From assembly GCA_963770565.1 (NCBI GenBank), contig CAVYQE010000006.1, forward strand, positions 96,001 through 160,000: DNA of 64,000 nucleotides. Direction: 5' to 3'. Source of the stretch: an uncultured Actinomycetota bacterium (GTDB lineage: Bacteria > Actinomycetota > Actinomycetes > JAFAQI01). Both the position numbers and the translations under genes were made by a program. Numbering within the stretch: position 1 is the stretch's first letter; the number at the start of each line of letters is the position of its first letter. Shown here piece after piece: positions 8,489 to 17,224 of the stretch. Below the pieces are notes generated by a model. It saw only the letters and a list, made by a program, of their open reading frames with translations. It did not search any database and had not been told where the DNA came from.

Positions 8489-9709
8489 TCAAGCTGGTAC
8501 GCCGAGCCGCGGACCCGGCGTGAACGTGGCGCCAAGGGCAAAGCAGCCGTAGGTCACCCCGATGGTCTCCGCGCGTACGACCCGCGACCGGTCGACCTTG
8601 TAGTCCGGCAACCGTTCGAGCACCGCGCGCACGGCCGCAATGATCTCCTTGCGGGCGAGCGTCGAGCCCAGGCAGCGGTGCGCGCCGAGCCCGAACGTCA
8701 TGTGCCGGTTGGGGAATCGGTCGAGCTCGAGCCGGTCGGGATGGTCGAACATCTCCTCGTCCCGGTTGCCCGAGGCCCATACCAGCAACACGTGCTCGCC
8801 GGCCTTGACCAGCTGCCCGCCCACCTCGACGTCGCGGGTCGCCATCCGGGCGAGGGCGAATTGTGGTGCTTCGTAACGAAGGAACTCTTCGACCGCAACG
8901 GGGATCCGGCTGGGGTCCGCGATCAGCCGCTCGCGGGCGGCGCGGTCGTTGTCCAGCTGGAGTACGGCGCTGCTGATGGCTGAGCCGGTCGTGTCGAAGC
9001 CGCCCTGGATGGTGAGGGTCACCATCTCGAGCACCTCGATGTCGTCGAGCGGACGACCGTCGATGGTGGCCTTGGTGAGGTAGGTGATCATGTCGTCGCG
9101 CGGGTTGGCCTGCCGGTCGGCCACCTGCTCGGCGAGGTACTTGCGGATCCAGAGCAGCCGTTCGGTGTTGTTGGCGCGCAACGGGTTGTCCTGGCGAAGG
9201 AAGACGGTTGAGTGCAGCGGTTCGGAGAAGTCCCGCCAGAGCTCGGTCGGCAGGCCGAGCATGTGCAGAGTAGTCAGCGCCGGCAGCGGGTCGGCGAGGT
9301 CGTGCACGATGTCGCAGCTGCCCGACTCGATGAACTCGTCAATGCACTGGTTCGCGAACTTCTCGATCGCCGGCTCGAGCTTCGCGATCGCGGGCGGGGT
9401 GAAAAGCGGGTGCATGATCTTGCGGTACTTCTGGAACATCGGCGGGTCGGTCTCGATCGGGATCGAGCGCTGACCGACGTTCTTCTTCGCCGGGATCGTG
9501 ATCGAGTTCGCGGACGAGAAGGTGATGTCGTCGAGCGCGATCTTGCGGATGTCGTCGTACTTGGTGACGACCCAGAACCCGCCGTACGCGCCGGTGTGTG
9601 CGACCGGGCAGCGCGCACGCAGGTCGGCGAGCACCGGCCACGGGTCGGCTGCGAACTCCGGCGAGTGGTGGTCGAAGTCGACCGTCGGGACCTCGTCGGT
9701 GACCGTCAT
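8489..9709 (-). CDS. Cytochrome P450
   Basis: I-helix QGGFDTT, EEFLR (ExxR), heme motif FGLGAHRCLG; ATGA overlap with the upstream amidohydrolase. Confidence 0.95.
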   Translation of the reverse strand: MTVTDEVPTVDFDHHSPEFAADPWPVLADLRARCPVAHTGAYGGFWVVTKYDDIRKIALDDITFSSANSITIPAKKNVGQRSIPIETDPPMFQKYRKIMHPLFTPPAIAKLEPAIEKFANQCIDEFIESGSCDIVHDLADPLPALTTLHMLGLPTELWRDFSEPLHSTVFLRQDNPLRANNTERLLWIRKYLAEQVADRQANPRDDMITYLTKATIDGRPLDDIEVLEMVTLTIQGGFDTTGSAISSAVLQLDNDRAARERLIADPSRIPVAVEEFLRYEAPQFALARMATRDVEVGGQLVKAGEHVLLVWASGNRDEEMFDHPDRLELDRFPNRHMTFGLGAHRCLGSTLARKEIIAAVRAVLERLPDYKVDRSRVVRAETIGVTYGCFALGATFTPGPRLGVPA

Positions 9710-10857
9710 GTAGTCGATGTGAGCCCGAGGCTGGCCGGGTCCGGGCGCTGTGTCCAGCGGAAGAGCTTCTCCGCGTTGCCGTGCGTCATCAGCGCGACCT
9801 CGTCGTCCGGCACGCCCTTCAAGGCCCCCTCGACGTCGCGCTGCGAGTGCGGCCACGGGGTGTCGGCGTGCGGGTAGTCGCACTCCCACATGATCTTGTC
9901 GATCCCGATGTGGTGGCGCGCCTCGACGCCCATCCGCTCGTCGATGAAGCAGACCCAGATGTTGCGGGCGAACACCTCCGACGGTGGCGTCTCCGACAGC
10001 CCGCTCCAGAAGCGGTGCCGCTCCCACGCCCGGTCGGCGCGCTCGAGGACGAACGGCACCCAGCCGATCCCGCCCTCCGACAGCGCGAACTTGATCTTCG
10101 GGTAGCGCTGCGGGATCTCGCTCATGATCAGGTCGGTGCAGGTGCTCTGCGCGGCGGTCGTGGCGAGCGCGATGCCGATCGTGAAGTTGGCGTCCGGCGA
10201 CGGCATCGGTACGACGCCGCTGGTGCCGATGTGCATGCAGATCACGGTCTCGGTCTCTTCGCAGGCCTGCCAGACCGGGTCCCAGTGCCGGGTGTGGAAC
10301 GACGGCTCACCGAGCAGGTGGGTGTTCTCCGGGAACGTCACCGCGCGGGCGCCGAGGGCGGCGCAGCGACGAATCTCCTCGGCCATCTGCGGCGGGTCCC
10401 AGAGCATCCCGATGACCATCGGGATGTACATGCCGGGCACGGAGGCGCTCCACTCGTCGAGCATGAAGTCGTTGTAGGCCTTCACGCACAGGCTTGCGAG
10501 GTCCTTGTTCTTGGCCCGCAGGAACGTCACGCCGGCGAAGCGCGGGAAGGTCGGGAAGCACACGCTGCCGCGGATCCCGTCACTCAGCAGATCCTTCGCC
10601 CGCTGCACCGGGTCATAGCAGCCCAGGATCATGTCGGTGTAGCGGACCGGGTCCATCGACCAGTCCTCGGGGTTCTTGCCGGCCACGGCGTTGAGGCCCA
10701 TCGTCTCGCCGCGGTTGCCCTCGTAGAGCCAGAACTGCCGGCCGTCGGCCTCGATGACGTGCGGGCCGTCCTCCTGGTATTTCTCCGGCAGCCGCGAGCT
10801 CCACACATCCGGCGGCTCGATCACATGGTCGTCGACGCTGATCAGGTCATATGCCAT
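9706..10857 (-). CDS. Amidohydrolase_2 family protein
   Basis: ISVDDHVIEPP, MHIG, SEGGIGWVP and WECDYPHAD motifs. Confidence 0.9.
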   Translation of the reverse strand: MAYDLISVDDHVIEPPDVWSSRLPEKYQEDGPHVIEADGRQFWLYEGNRGETMGLNAVAGKNPEDWSMDPVRYTDMILGCYDPVQRAKDLLSDGIRGSVCFPTFPRFAGVTFLRAKNKDLASLCVKAYNDFMLDEWSASVPGMYIPMVIGMLWDPPQMAEEIRRCAALGARAVTFPENTHLLGEPSFHTRHWDPVWQACEETETVICMHIGTSGVVPMPSPDANFTIGIALATTAAQSTCTDLIMSEIPQRYPKIKFALSEGGIGWVPFVLERADRAWERHRFWSGLSETPPSEVFARNIWVCFIDERMGVEARHHIGIDKIMWECDYPHADTPWPHSQRDVEGALKGVPDDEVALMTHGNAEKLFRWTQRPDPASLGLTSTT

Positions 10858-10892
10858 GGCCGATTCCTCTCGATCACCGCTCGGTCCGCTGC

Positions 10893-10910
10893 GATATAGC
10901 ATACTGAATT
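10893..10910. promoter_or_regulatory. Putative operator 3
   Basis: GAT-AT-AGCATACT-GA-ATT between the divergent amidohydrolase/P450 operon and the ferredoxin. Confidence 0.6.
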
Positions 10911-10969
10911 ATTTCGACGGGGCCTAACCCCTGCCCCATTCTGGCCGAGCATGTGAGAAGTTGGTGCCG

Positions 10970-11167
10970 ATGCGAGCTCTGGTCGATACCAAGATCTGCC
11001 AGGGGCACAGCCTGTGCACCTGGGCGGCCCCTGAGGTCTTCCAGCCCGATCCCGACGACGGGCACGCGGTCGTGCAGCTCGACGTCATCCCGCCCGAGTT
11101 CGAGCAGTCCGTGCGCGACGCCGCGGCGAACTGCCCGGAGTCGGCGATCGAGGTCCTCGAGGACTGA
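10970..11167 (+). CDS. [3Fe-4S]-type ferredoxin, likely P450 partner
   Basis: CQGHSLC...CPESAI (CxxHxxC-CP); 65 aa. Confidence 0.9.
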   Translation: MRALVDTKICQGHSLCTWAAPEVFQPDPDDGHAVVQLDVIPPEFEQSVRDAAANCPESAIEVLED

Positions 11168-11175
11168 CCGCCGGG

Positions 11176-11646
11176 TCAGCGGGTGAGCTTGACGATCGTG
11201 TCGAGCTCGACGCTGGCCCCGCCCGGCAACGCGGACACGCCCACAGCTGACCGGGCCGGCACCAGGTCGGCGCCGAAGATCTGCTGAAGCAGCTCGGACG
11301 CGCCGTCCATGACCGCCGGTGACTTGTCGAAGTCGTGGGTGGCGCGGACGTAGCCGGTCATCTTGACCACTCGCTCGATCCGGTCGAGGCTGCCGAGCGC
11401 GCCGCGCAGGTTGCCGAGCGTGCTGATCAGGGCGCCCGCGGCGGAGGCCTTGCCGTCCTCGATCGAGAGGTCCTCGCCGAGCCGGCCGACGTACGCGAGC
11501 TTCAACGGCGGGCCTTCGACCGCGACCGTGCCGGAGGTGAATGCCCACAGGCCGTCGATCACCACCGAGGTGTAGAGGCCGCCGGCCGGGAGCGGCTCCC
11601 GGAGCGTGAGGCCGAGCTCGGCGACGCGTGCTTCCCAGTTGCCCAT
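11176..11646 (-). CDS. RidA/YjgF family protein
   Basis: IERVVKMTGYV, DGASELL and PARSAVGVSALPGGASVE motifs. Confidence 0.88.
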   Translation of the reverse strand: MGNWEARVAELGLTLREPLPAGGLYTSVVIDGLWAFTSGTVAVEGPPLKLAYVGRLGEDLSIEDGKASAAGALISTLGNLRGALGSLDRIERVVKMTGYVRATHDFDKSPAVMDGASELLQQIFGADLVPARSAVGVSALPGGASVELDTIVKLTR

Positions 11647-11671
11647 CTCGCATCCACCCCTCGTGTGGTCC

Positions 11672-11689
11672 TATTCAGTATACTAGATT
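11672..11689. promoter_or_regulatory. Putative operator 4
   Basis: TAT-TC-AGTATACT-AG-ATT between divergent RidA and amidohydrolase genes. Confidence 0.75.
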
Positions 11690-11736
11690 CGCGCAGGAGA
11701 CCGACCGGATCGCAACCGACCGCGGAGGATTCGATC

Positions 11737-12885
11737 ATGCGCGACGGCTACCGGATCATCGACACCGACACCCACGTCGGGCCGAACGTCGAGACCCTCG
11801 AGGTGTACGCCGGACCGGTGCTTACCGCCCGCTGGGGTGAGCTCGCGCCGTACTACCAGCAGGTCTCCGAGGGCCACCATCTGAGCATCAACCCGGCGCC
11901 GTTCAAGCGGCCGCTCAACACGTCGCTGTCCGGCGGTGAGGTCGTCGCTGGCGGCAAGATCCCGTTGCGCGGCAAGACGTCGATGAACTTCACCGAGCCG
12001 CCGTCGCCGGAGGTCAACAACCTCAACGCGACCGGCCGGCTCGCGGACATGGACCACGAGGGCGTGGACGTACACGTCATCATCCCGGCAACGTTCGCGA
12101 ACGCCGCGACGGTGCTCGACAACGAGATGGCGACCGAGCTGTACGACGCCTACCACCGCTATCTCGATGAGTACTGCTCGACCGCGCCGGACCGGTTGAA
12201 GGGGTGCCTGCTGGTCGCCGGCGCCGACGTGGAGTGGTCGCTGCGGGCGTTGAAGGCGTACGCCGACCGGCCGTGGGCGGCGGCGGTGATCGTGATCCTG
12301 CCCGAGGACCTGCCGATCGACGATCCGGGGTTGCGGCCGATCCTCGCGGCGATGAACGACGCCGACCTGCCGATCATGCATCACTCCTTCTTCTATGAGC
12401 CGCCGTACTTCCCCGGCTACCGCGACGTCTGGGGAAACCTCGCGATCGCCCGGGCCGCTGCGCATCCGTGGGGGGCGCAGCGACTGCTCGCGTACGTGCT
12501 GCTGTCGGGAATGATGGACGAGTTCCCGAGCCTGCGGATCGGCTTCGCCGAGTGCAGCGGCGGCTGGGTGTCGGGATGGCTCAACCGGCTGCAGTATCAG
12601 CAGGCGTACCTGTCGTCGACGCTGCCGGAGACGAAGCGGACTCCGATCGAGTACGCCCTCGACGGCCGGGTCTTCTGCGGGGTCGAGCTTGACGAGGGCC
12701 CGGCGATCGTGCGCAGCGTGATGGAGATCGCCGGCGACGGCGTACTGATGTATTCGTCGGACTACCCGCACGGCGGATGCCGCTACCCGGCGTCGCCCGA
12801 TGTCGTACTCGGCTGGAAAGAGCTCGGCGAGCCGGTGTTGCGCAAGCTGTTCCACGAGAACGCCGAGCGCTACCTGCGGATGTAG
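11737..12885 (+). CDS. Amidohydrolase_2 family protein, paralog 1 of 3
   Basis: GGAGG RBS; MRDGYRIIDTDTHVGP, HHSFFYEPP, AECSGGW and SDYPH motifs. Confidence 0.9.
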   Translation: MRDGYRIIDTDTHVGPNVETLEVYAGPVLTARWGELAPYYQQVSEGHHLSINPAPFKRPLNTSLSGGEVVAGGKIPLRGKTSMNFTEPPSPEVNNLNATGRLADMDHEGVDVHVIIPATFANAATVLDNEMATELYDAYHRYLDEYCSTAPDRLKGCLLVAGADVEWSLRALKAYADRPWAAAVIVILPEDLPIDDPGLRPILAAMNDADLPIMHHSFFYEPPYFPGYRDVWGNLAIARAAAHPWGAQRLLAYVLLSGMMDEFPSLRIGFAECSGGWVSGWLNRLQYQQAYLSSTLPETKRTPIEYALDGRVFCGVELDEGPAIVRSVMEIAGDGVLMYSSDYPHGGCRYPASPDVVLGWKELGEPVLRKLFHENAERYLRM

Positions 12886-12895
12886 CTCGCTCGCG

Positions 12896-12954
12896 CAACC
12901 CCACGCATGGCCCATGCGTGGGGCTATAGCCCCACCGATGGGCCATGCGGGTGG
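12896..12954. repeat. Intergenic repeat family A, copy 2
   Basis: Same 59-nt element with GTGGGGCTATAGCCCCAC at 12918-12935, between convergent genes. Confidence 0.85.
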
Positions 12955-13860
12955 TCAGCCGATTAGCAGGACGAGTTTGCCGCGCGCGCGACCGCCCTCG
13001 CTGACGCGGTGCGCCTCCGCGATCTCGGCGAGCGGGAAGGTCTGCGCGACCGGGAGCGAGAAGCGCCCGGACTCGATCAGCTCACCGATCCCGGCGAGCG
13101 CGTGGACCGCACGGCCGGCGTCGCCGCTGCTGAACCTCACCCCGTGCTCCTGCGCTCCCGCGAAGTCGGCGATTGTGACGACGTGCTCCGGACCGCCCGC
13201 CAGCTCGATCAGCTCGGGCAGGACGCCACTCCCGGCGACGTCCAGCGCGGCGTCGACGCCGTGCGGTGCGAGCGCGCGAACTCGTTCGACGAGGCCATCG
13301 CCGTACGAGACGGGCTCAGCCCCTAGCGATCGCAGGTAACTGTGGTTCGCCGGACTTGCCGTGCCGATCACGTGCGCACCCCGCACCACGGCGAGCTGAA
13401 CGGCGGCGCTGCCGACACTTCCGGAGGCGCCGTTGATGAGCACCGCGGTGCCGGGCCCGACGCCGATCTGGTCGAGCGCGCGCGTGGCCGTTTCAATGGC
13501 GGCCGGTAGCGCGGCTGCGCCGGCAAAGTCGAGCGACGGCGGGATCGCCGCGTAATAGGACAGCACCGCGAGCTCCGCCTGGGTCGCCCCGTCGGCAGAG
13601 AGGCCGAACACGCAATCGCCGAGCGCTACGTCCACCACGCCGTCGCCGATCTCGTCGACGACGCCCGCCGCTTCGTAGCCCAACGTCTGCGGGAGCTCCG
13701 GATCCATCTCGCCTCTGCGCTTCCCGCAGTCGCTGGGGTTGATGCCGGCCGCCCGCACGGCAATCCGGACCTGCCCGGGCCCGGCGTGCGGGTCGGGAAG
13801 ATCCACGATCTCGAGGACCTCCGGGCCCCCGAACCGGCTGAAGCGGGCTGCCTTCATCAT
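12955..13860 (-). CDS. NADP-dependent MDR/quinone-type oxidoreductase (zinc-free)
   Basis: GGPEVL, AAGINPSD, LGYEAAGVV, NGASGSVG and GKLVL motifs. Confidence 0.9.
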   Translation of the reverse strand: MMKAARFSRFGGPEVLEIVDLPDPHAGPGQVRIAVRAAGINPSDCGKRRGEMDPELPQTLGYEAAGVVDEIGDGVVDVALGDCVFGLSADGATQAELAVLSYYAAIPPSLDFAGAAALPAAIETATRALDQIGVGPGTAVLINGASGSVGSAAVQLAVVRGAHVIGTASPANHSYLRSLGAEPVSYGDGLVERVRALAPHGVDAALDVAGSGVLPELIELAGGPEHVVTIADFAGAQEHGVRFSSGDAGRAVHALAGIGELIESGRFSLPVAQTFPLAEIAEAHRVSEGGRARGKLVLLIG

Positions 13861-13872
13861 TCGCTCCGCTCG

Positions 13873-15501
13873 TCAGTCGTAGTGGCGCAGCTCGGGCCAG
13901 GTCTGGCCCCACGGCTTGCGCAGGCCGGTGCACAGATACACATGCCCGCCCCACTCCTCGTTGTGGATCCCGTACGGGTTGCGCAACGTCGCGACCACTC
14001 GTACGTCGGTGAAGAACCCCCGCAGGTAGCCGGCGTACCCGGTTGTGTCGACCGGGCCGGGAGCGACCGCGAGGACCGTGGTGGCGTTCGGGTTGCCGGG
14101 TCCCCACCACCACTCGTTGTTGTGCGCACTCACCGCGATCGGCAGTCCGTCGCCGCGGCCGAGCTCGTTGATCGCACCGGCCTCGCCGTACTCGGCGGTG
14201 AAGATCACCGCGTTGGCGCGGGTCGCCGGCGGGAGTGCGTCCCACTGGGTCTTGACGGTCTGAATGAACTGCGGCCAGCCGAGCGACTCGCCGGGCACCT
14301 GGTTGATGCCGTACGTCCAGCCGATGTCGCTCGGCGGCAGTACCGGCAGCACGAGCGGCAGGCTGACCAGCGTCGTGATCGCGGTCAAGCCGTAGAGCTT
14401 CCGCAGCCGGCCCGGGTTCTCGTCGAAGGAGGCGTCGATCGCGACGGCGCCCGCTGCGATCAGGTAGATGTAGGCGCCGGCGAGGTAGTAGATCTTGCCC
14501 CCGGTGGTGACGGCGAAGAAGGCGAAGAGCAGCCCGTAAGCCCAGGCGAGCGATCGCCACAGCGGCCGGTCCGAGTGCCACAGCCACTGCAACCCTTTGA
14601 TCCAGACCCAGATGAACGCCAGCGTGGTCATCAGCAACTGCCCGAACACCCAGTTGCCGATGTTGCCCGCGCCGCCGTTCTCCTGGTTGAGATGGCGGGT
14701 CATTTCGACGGTCGCCCAGTCGTGCCCGGCCTGCCAGACCAGGTCCGGTACGGCGAACAGAGCCGCGATGAGCGCGCCGCCGAGGAACCACCAGTTGAGG
14801 ACCTGACGCCGACCGCCGCTGAGGAGCGCGCCGACCAGCATCGCGATGGCGAGGAAGACCACGCTGTGCTTGTTGGTCAGGCCGAGCCCGAGCACGGGGC
14901 CGCCGAGCAGCCACCAGCGCGGATCGCCGGTCCGTCCGACTCGCAGCACGACCAGCCCGAGCCCCGACCAGGCAAGCAGGTCGAACGCGGTCGGCCCTTC
15001 GAGGTGGTCGACCGCGAGCAGCACCGGCGTGGTCGCGGTGCCAACCGCGGTCAGCAGCTGCGCGCGGCGCCCGCCACCGAGCTCGCGGGCGGTCAGGCCG
15101 GCGATCGTGATGGTCGCGAACGCGGCGAGCGCCGGCCAGAGCCGCAGCCCAGGCAGCGAGACGCCGAAGAGGTCGATCGTGAGCCGCGCGAGCAGCGGCG
15201 TGAACGCCGGCTGGTCGACGTACCCGCCTTGAAGGTGTCGGCCGGCGTCGAGGAAGTAGAGCTCGTCGCGGTGCCAGCCGTACCACGGCGAGAGGATCAT
15301 CAAGACGGCGAACACGGCCCCCGCGACCACGAGGACCCGCCGGTCGAAGCGGGGAAGCACGGTGAGGTCGGCGGGTTCGTCGGATCGGCTCGGGCGCCCG
15401 GGGGATTCGTCGCCGGACTCGCGGCGGAGCAGCCGTCGTACGCCGAGTCCGCCCGCCACGGTCAGCCCTTCGCGTGAGTACCCGTTGAGTCCCGGCCTCA
15501 C
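13873..15501 (-). CDS. GT-C glycosyltransferase (family 39/83, PMT_2-like); start uncertain
   Basis: YGWHRDELYF, GYVDQP, multiple TM segments, GKIYYLAG, YGEAGAI. Confidence 0.85.
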   Translation of the reverse strand: MRPGLNGYSREGLTVAGGLGVRRLLRRESGDESPGRPSRSDEPADLTVLPRFDRRVLVVAGAVFAVLMILSPWYGWHRDELYFLDAGRHLQGGYVDQPAFTPLLARLTIDLFGVSLPGLRLWPALAAFATITIAGLTARELGGGRRAQLLTAVGTATTPVLLAVDHLEGPTAFDLLAWSGLGLVVLRVGRTGDPRWWLLGGPVLGLGLTNKHSVVFLAIAMLVGALLSGGRRQVLNWWFLGGALIAALFAVPDLVWQAGHDWATVEMTRHLNQENGGAGNIGNWVFGQLLMTTLAFIWVWIKGLQWLWHSDRPLWRSLAWAYGLLFAFFAVTTGGKIYYLAGAYIYLIAAGAVAIDASFDENPGRLRKLYGLTAITTLVSLPLVLPVLPPSDIGWTYGINQVPGESLGWPQFIQTVKTQWDALPPATRANAVIFTAEYGEAGAINELGRGDGLPIAVSAHNNEWWWGPGNPNATTVLAVAPGPVDTTGYAGYLRGFFTDVRVVATLRNPYGIHNEEWGGHVYLCTGLRKPWGQTWPELRHYD

Positions 15502-15645
15502 CGAAGCACAAAGCCGGGGCCCGCGCGACCCGCTCGCGGTTGGCCGGTCACGCTTGGGGGCGCTACAACCGTGACTCCGTGCACCGCCACGGCTCGGCGA
15601 GCTGCACTACCAGTTCACCCGCTGACGCTCGGCGCCCGCTGGCCC

Positions 15646-15703
15646 CAACCCCACCAATGGCCCATGCGTGGGGCGATAGCCCCACCAATGGGCCATACGT
15701 GGG
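15646..15703. repeat. Intergenic repeat family A, copy 3
   Basis: CAACCCCACCAATGGCCCATGCGTGGGGCGATAGCCCCACCAATGGGCCATACGTGGG, same orientation as copies 1 and 2. Confidence 0.85.
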
Positions 15704-15704
15704 C

Positions 15705-16148
15705 CTATTCGGCGATGAGTTCGGCGAACTTATCTGCGGCGGCTTGGGCGACCTTGGCGTCGTCGGAGTAGTGGCCACCGCTGACGCCGACCGCGCCGAC
15801 CGACTTGCCGTTCACCGTCAAGGCGACCCCGCCGGGCACGAGGAAGGTGTCGGGGTTGGCGCTCATCGCCCGCCACAGCACCTCGTCGTCCTTCAGCCGC
15901 TTCTCGATGAACTCCTCGGTCGAGCGGCCGAAGCCGGCTGCGGCGTGGGCCTTGCCGTGCCCGCCCTTCCAGGCTCGCGGGTTCGCGCCGTCCATGCGCG
16001 CGGCCGTCACGATGTCGCCGTTGGCGTCGGTGACCACGATCCCGACGTTGATGCCGAGCTCGCGGGCCTTGTCGAGCCCGGCGGCCATCGCCTGCGCGGC
16101 GGCTTCGTAACTCACGTGCTGCACGGTTCGAACAGCTGGGTTGTCCAC
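15705..16148 (-). CDS. GlcG/HbpS family heme-binding protein
   Basis: VVTDANG, ARMDGA, KAHAA, PGGVAL and GAVGVSGG...DAKVA motifs. Confidence 0.88.
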   Translation of the reverse strand: MDNPAVRTVQHVSYEAAAQAMAAGLDKARELGINVGIVVTDANGDIVTAARMDGANPRAWKGGHGKAHAAAGFGRSTEEFIEKRLKDDEVLWRAMSANPDTFLVPGGVALTVNGKSVGAVGVSGGHYSDDAKVAQAAADKFAELIAE

Positions 16149-16193
16149 GTCAACTCCTGATCTCGAGCGGTCTGGCCGGCCTGGGGCGGGCGA

Positions 16194-17087
16194 TCAATCG
16201 CGGAACTCGTTGGCTATCTCGGTGATGAACAGGTCCATGGTGTCGCGCTTTGCGGTCGCGTCGCCAAGAGTGAAGTCGGGGATGATCAGCTCGTCGAGCC
16301 CGGCGTCACGGTAGTCGCCGATCCGGTCGCTGATCTGGACCGGGCTTCCGGCCAGCATCGGCAGCCCCGAGGCGCGCCACCGCGCGATCCCCGGTACGTC
16401 GTCCTCGTCGCCCACACACAGCAGTGCCTGCGCGGAGCGTCGTACCGACGCCGGATCGCGGCGGATCCGCTCACAGGCCTCGTCGAAGACCGCACCTTTC
16501 TCGCGGACCGCTTCGGGGAGCGCCCAGAAGTTCCACTCGTCGGCGTGCCGGGCCGCGACCTCGATCGCGCGTGGCCCCTTCACGCCGACACAGAGCGGTA
16601 CGTCGACCCGCGGCGACACCAAGGCGTCGGACAGCGAGTAGAAGCGACCGGTGAAGTCGACCGAATCGCCGCCGAGCAGCAGCCGAATCACCGTGCAGGC
16701 CTCGTCGAGTCGCGCGACCCGCTCGCCAGCCGACGGGTAGTCGAGCCCGTACGCGGTGTGCTCGTTGACCTGCCAGCCGGCGCCGAGCCCGAGGACGAAC
16801 CGGCCGTTCGAGATGTGCGCGAGCGTGCTGGCCATCTTCGCGACAATGGCGGGGTGCCGGAAGGTGTTGGACGAGACCAGGCTGCCGACCCGGACTCGAG
16901 GCAGGGTCGCGAGCAGCGACGCCATCGTGGTCCAGCACTCGAGGACCGGCTGGTCGAGCGGGGCCGAGCTCGGCATCAGGTGGTCCGACATCCAGACGCC
17001 GTCCCAGCCCGAGTCGTCGGCGTGCCGGCAGGTCGCCAGCAGGTCGGGATACGGCTGCTGGTTGATCGGCCAGATGCTGAACCGCAT
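16194..17087 (-). CDS. LLM class flavin/F420-dependent oxidoreductase
   Basis: WMSDHL, LECWT, FRHPAIVAKMA and GRFVLGLGAGWQVNEH motifs. Confidence 0.88.
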   Translation of the reverse strand: MRFSIWPINQQPYPDLLATCRHADDSGWDGVWMSDHLMPSSAPLDQPVLECWTTMASLLATLPRVRVGSLVSSNTFRHPAIVAKMASTLAHISNGRFVLGLGAGWQVNEHTAYGLDYPSAGERVARLDEACTVIRLLLGGDSVDFTGRFYSLSDALVSPRVDVPLCVGVKGPRAIEVAARHADEWNFWALPEAVREKGAVFDEACERIRRDPASVRRSAQALLCVGDEDDVPGIARWRASGLPMLAGSPVQISDRIGDYRDAGLDELIIPDFTLGDATAKRDTMDLFITEIANEFRD

Positions 17088-17103
17088 GGATCGCTCCCCG
17101 CGA

Positions 17104-17121
17104 GATTCAGGACACTCTATC
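17104..17121. promoter_or_regulatory. Putative operator 5 (variant)
   Basis: GAT-TC-AGGACACT-CT-ATC just upstream of the LLM gene. Confidence 0.5.
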
Positions 17122-17184
17122 CACAGCGCCGGGTCACCGCATCGTCACCGACCGTTCACTACCCGCGACCCTGTCGCATCTACG

Positions 17185-17202
17185 GAATTGGTATACTCAA
17201 TA
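17185..17202. promoter_or_regulatory. Putative operator 6
   Basis: GAA-TT-GGTATACT-CA-ATA upstream of amidohydrolase paralog 2. Confidence 0.7.
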
Positions 17203-17224
17203 CCTCGGCCGGAGGAGGATCAAC

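Noticed and set aside
13493-15511. Long Arg/Pro-rich alternative ORFs (e.g. 672 aa at 13493..15511, 954 aa at 53218..56082, 669 aa at 61749..63758)
   Set aside because: Typical high-GC off-frame or antisense ORFs overlapping genes that have clear family motifs or consistent codon bias.
7601-15703. Family A repeats as a CRISPR array or IS ends
   Set aside because: Copies are kilobases apart and in direct orientation, with no spacers, cas genes or transposase in the window.
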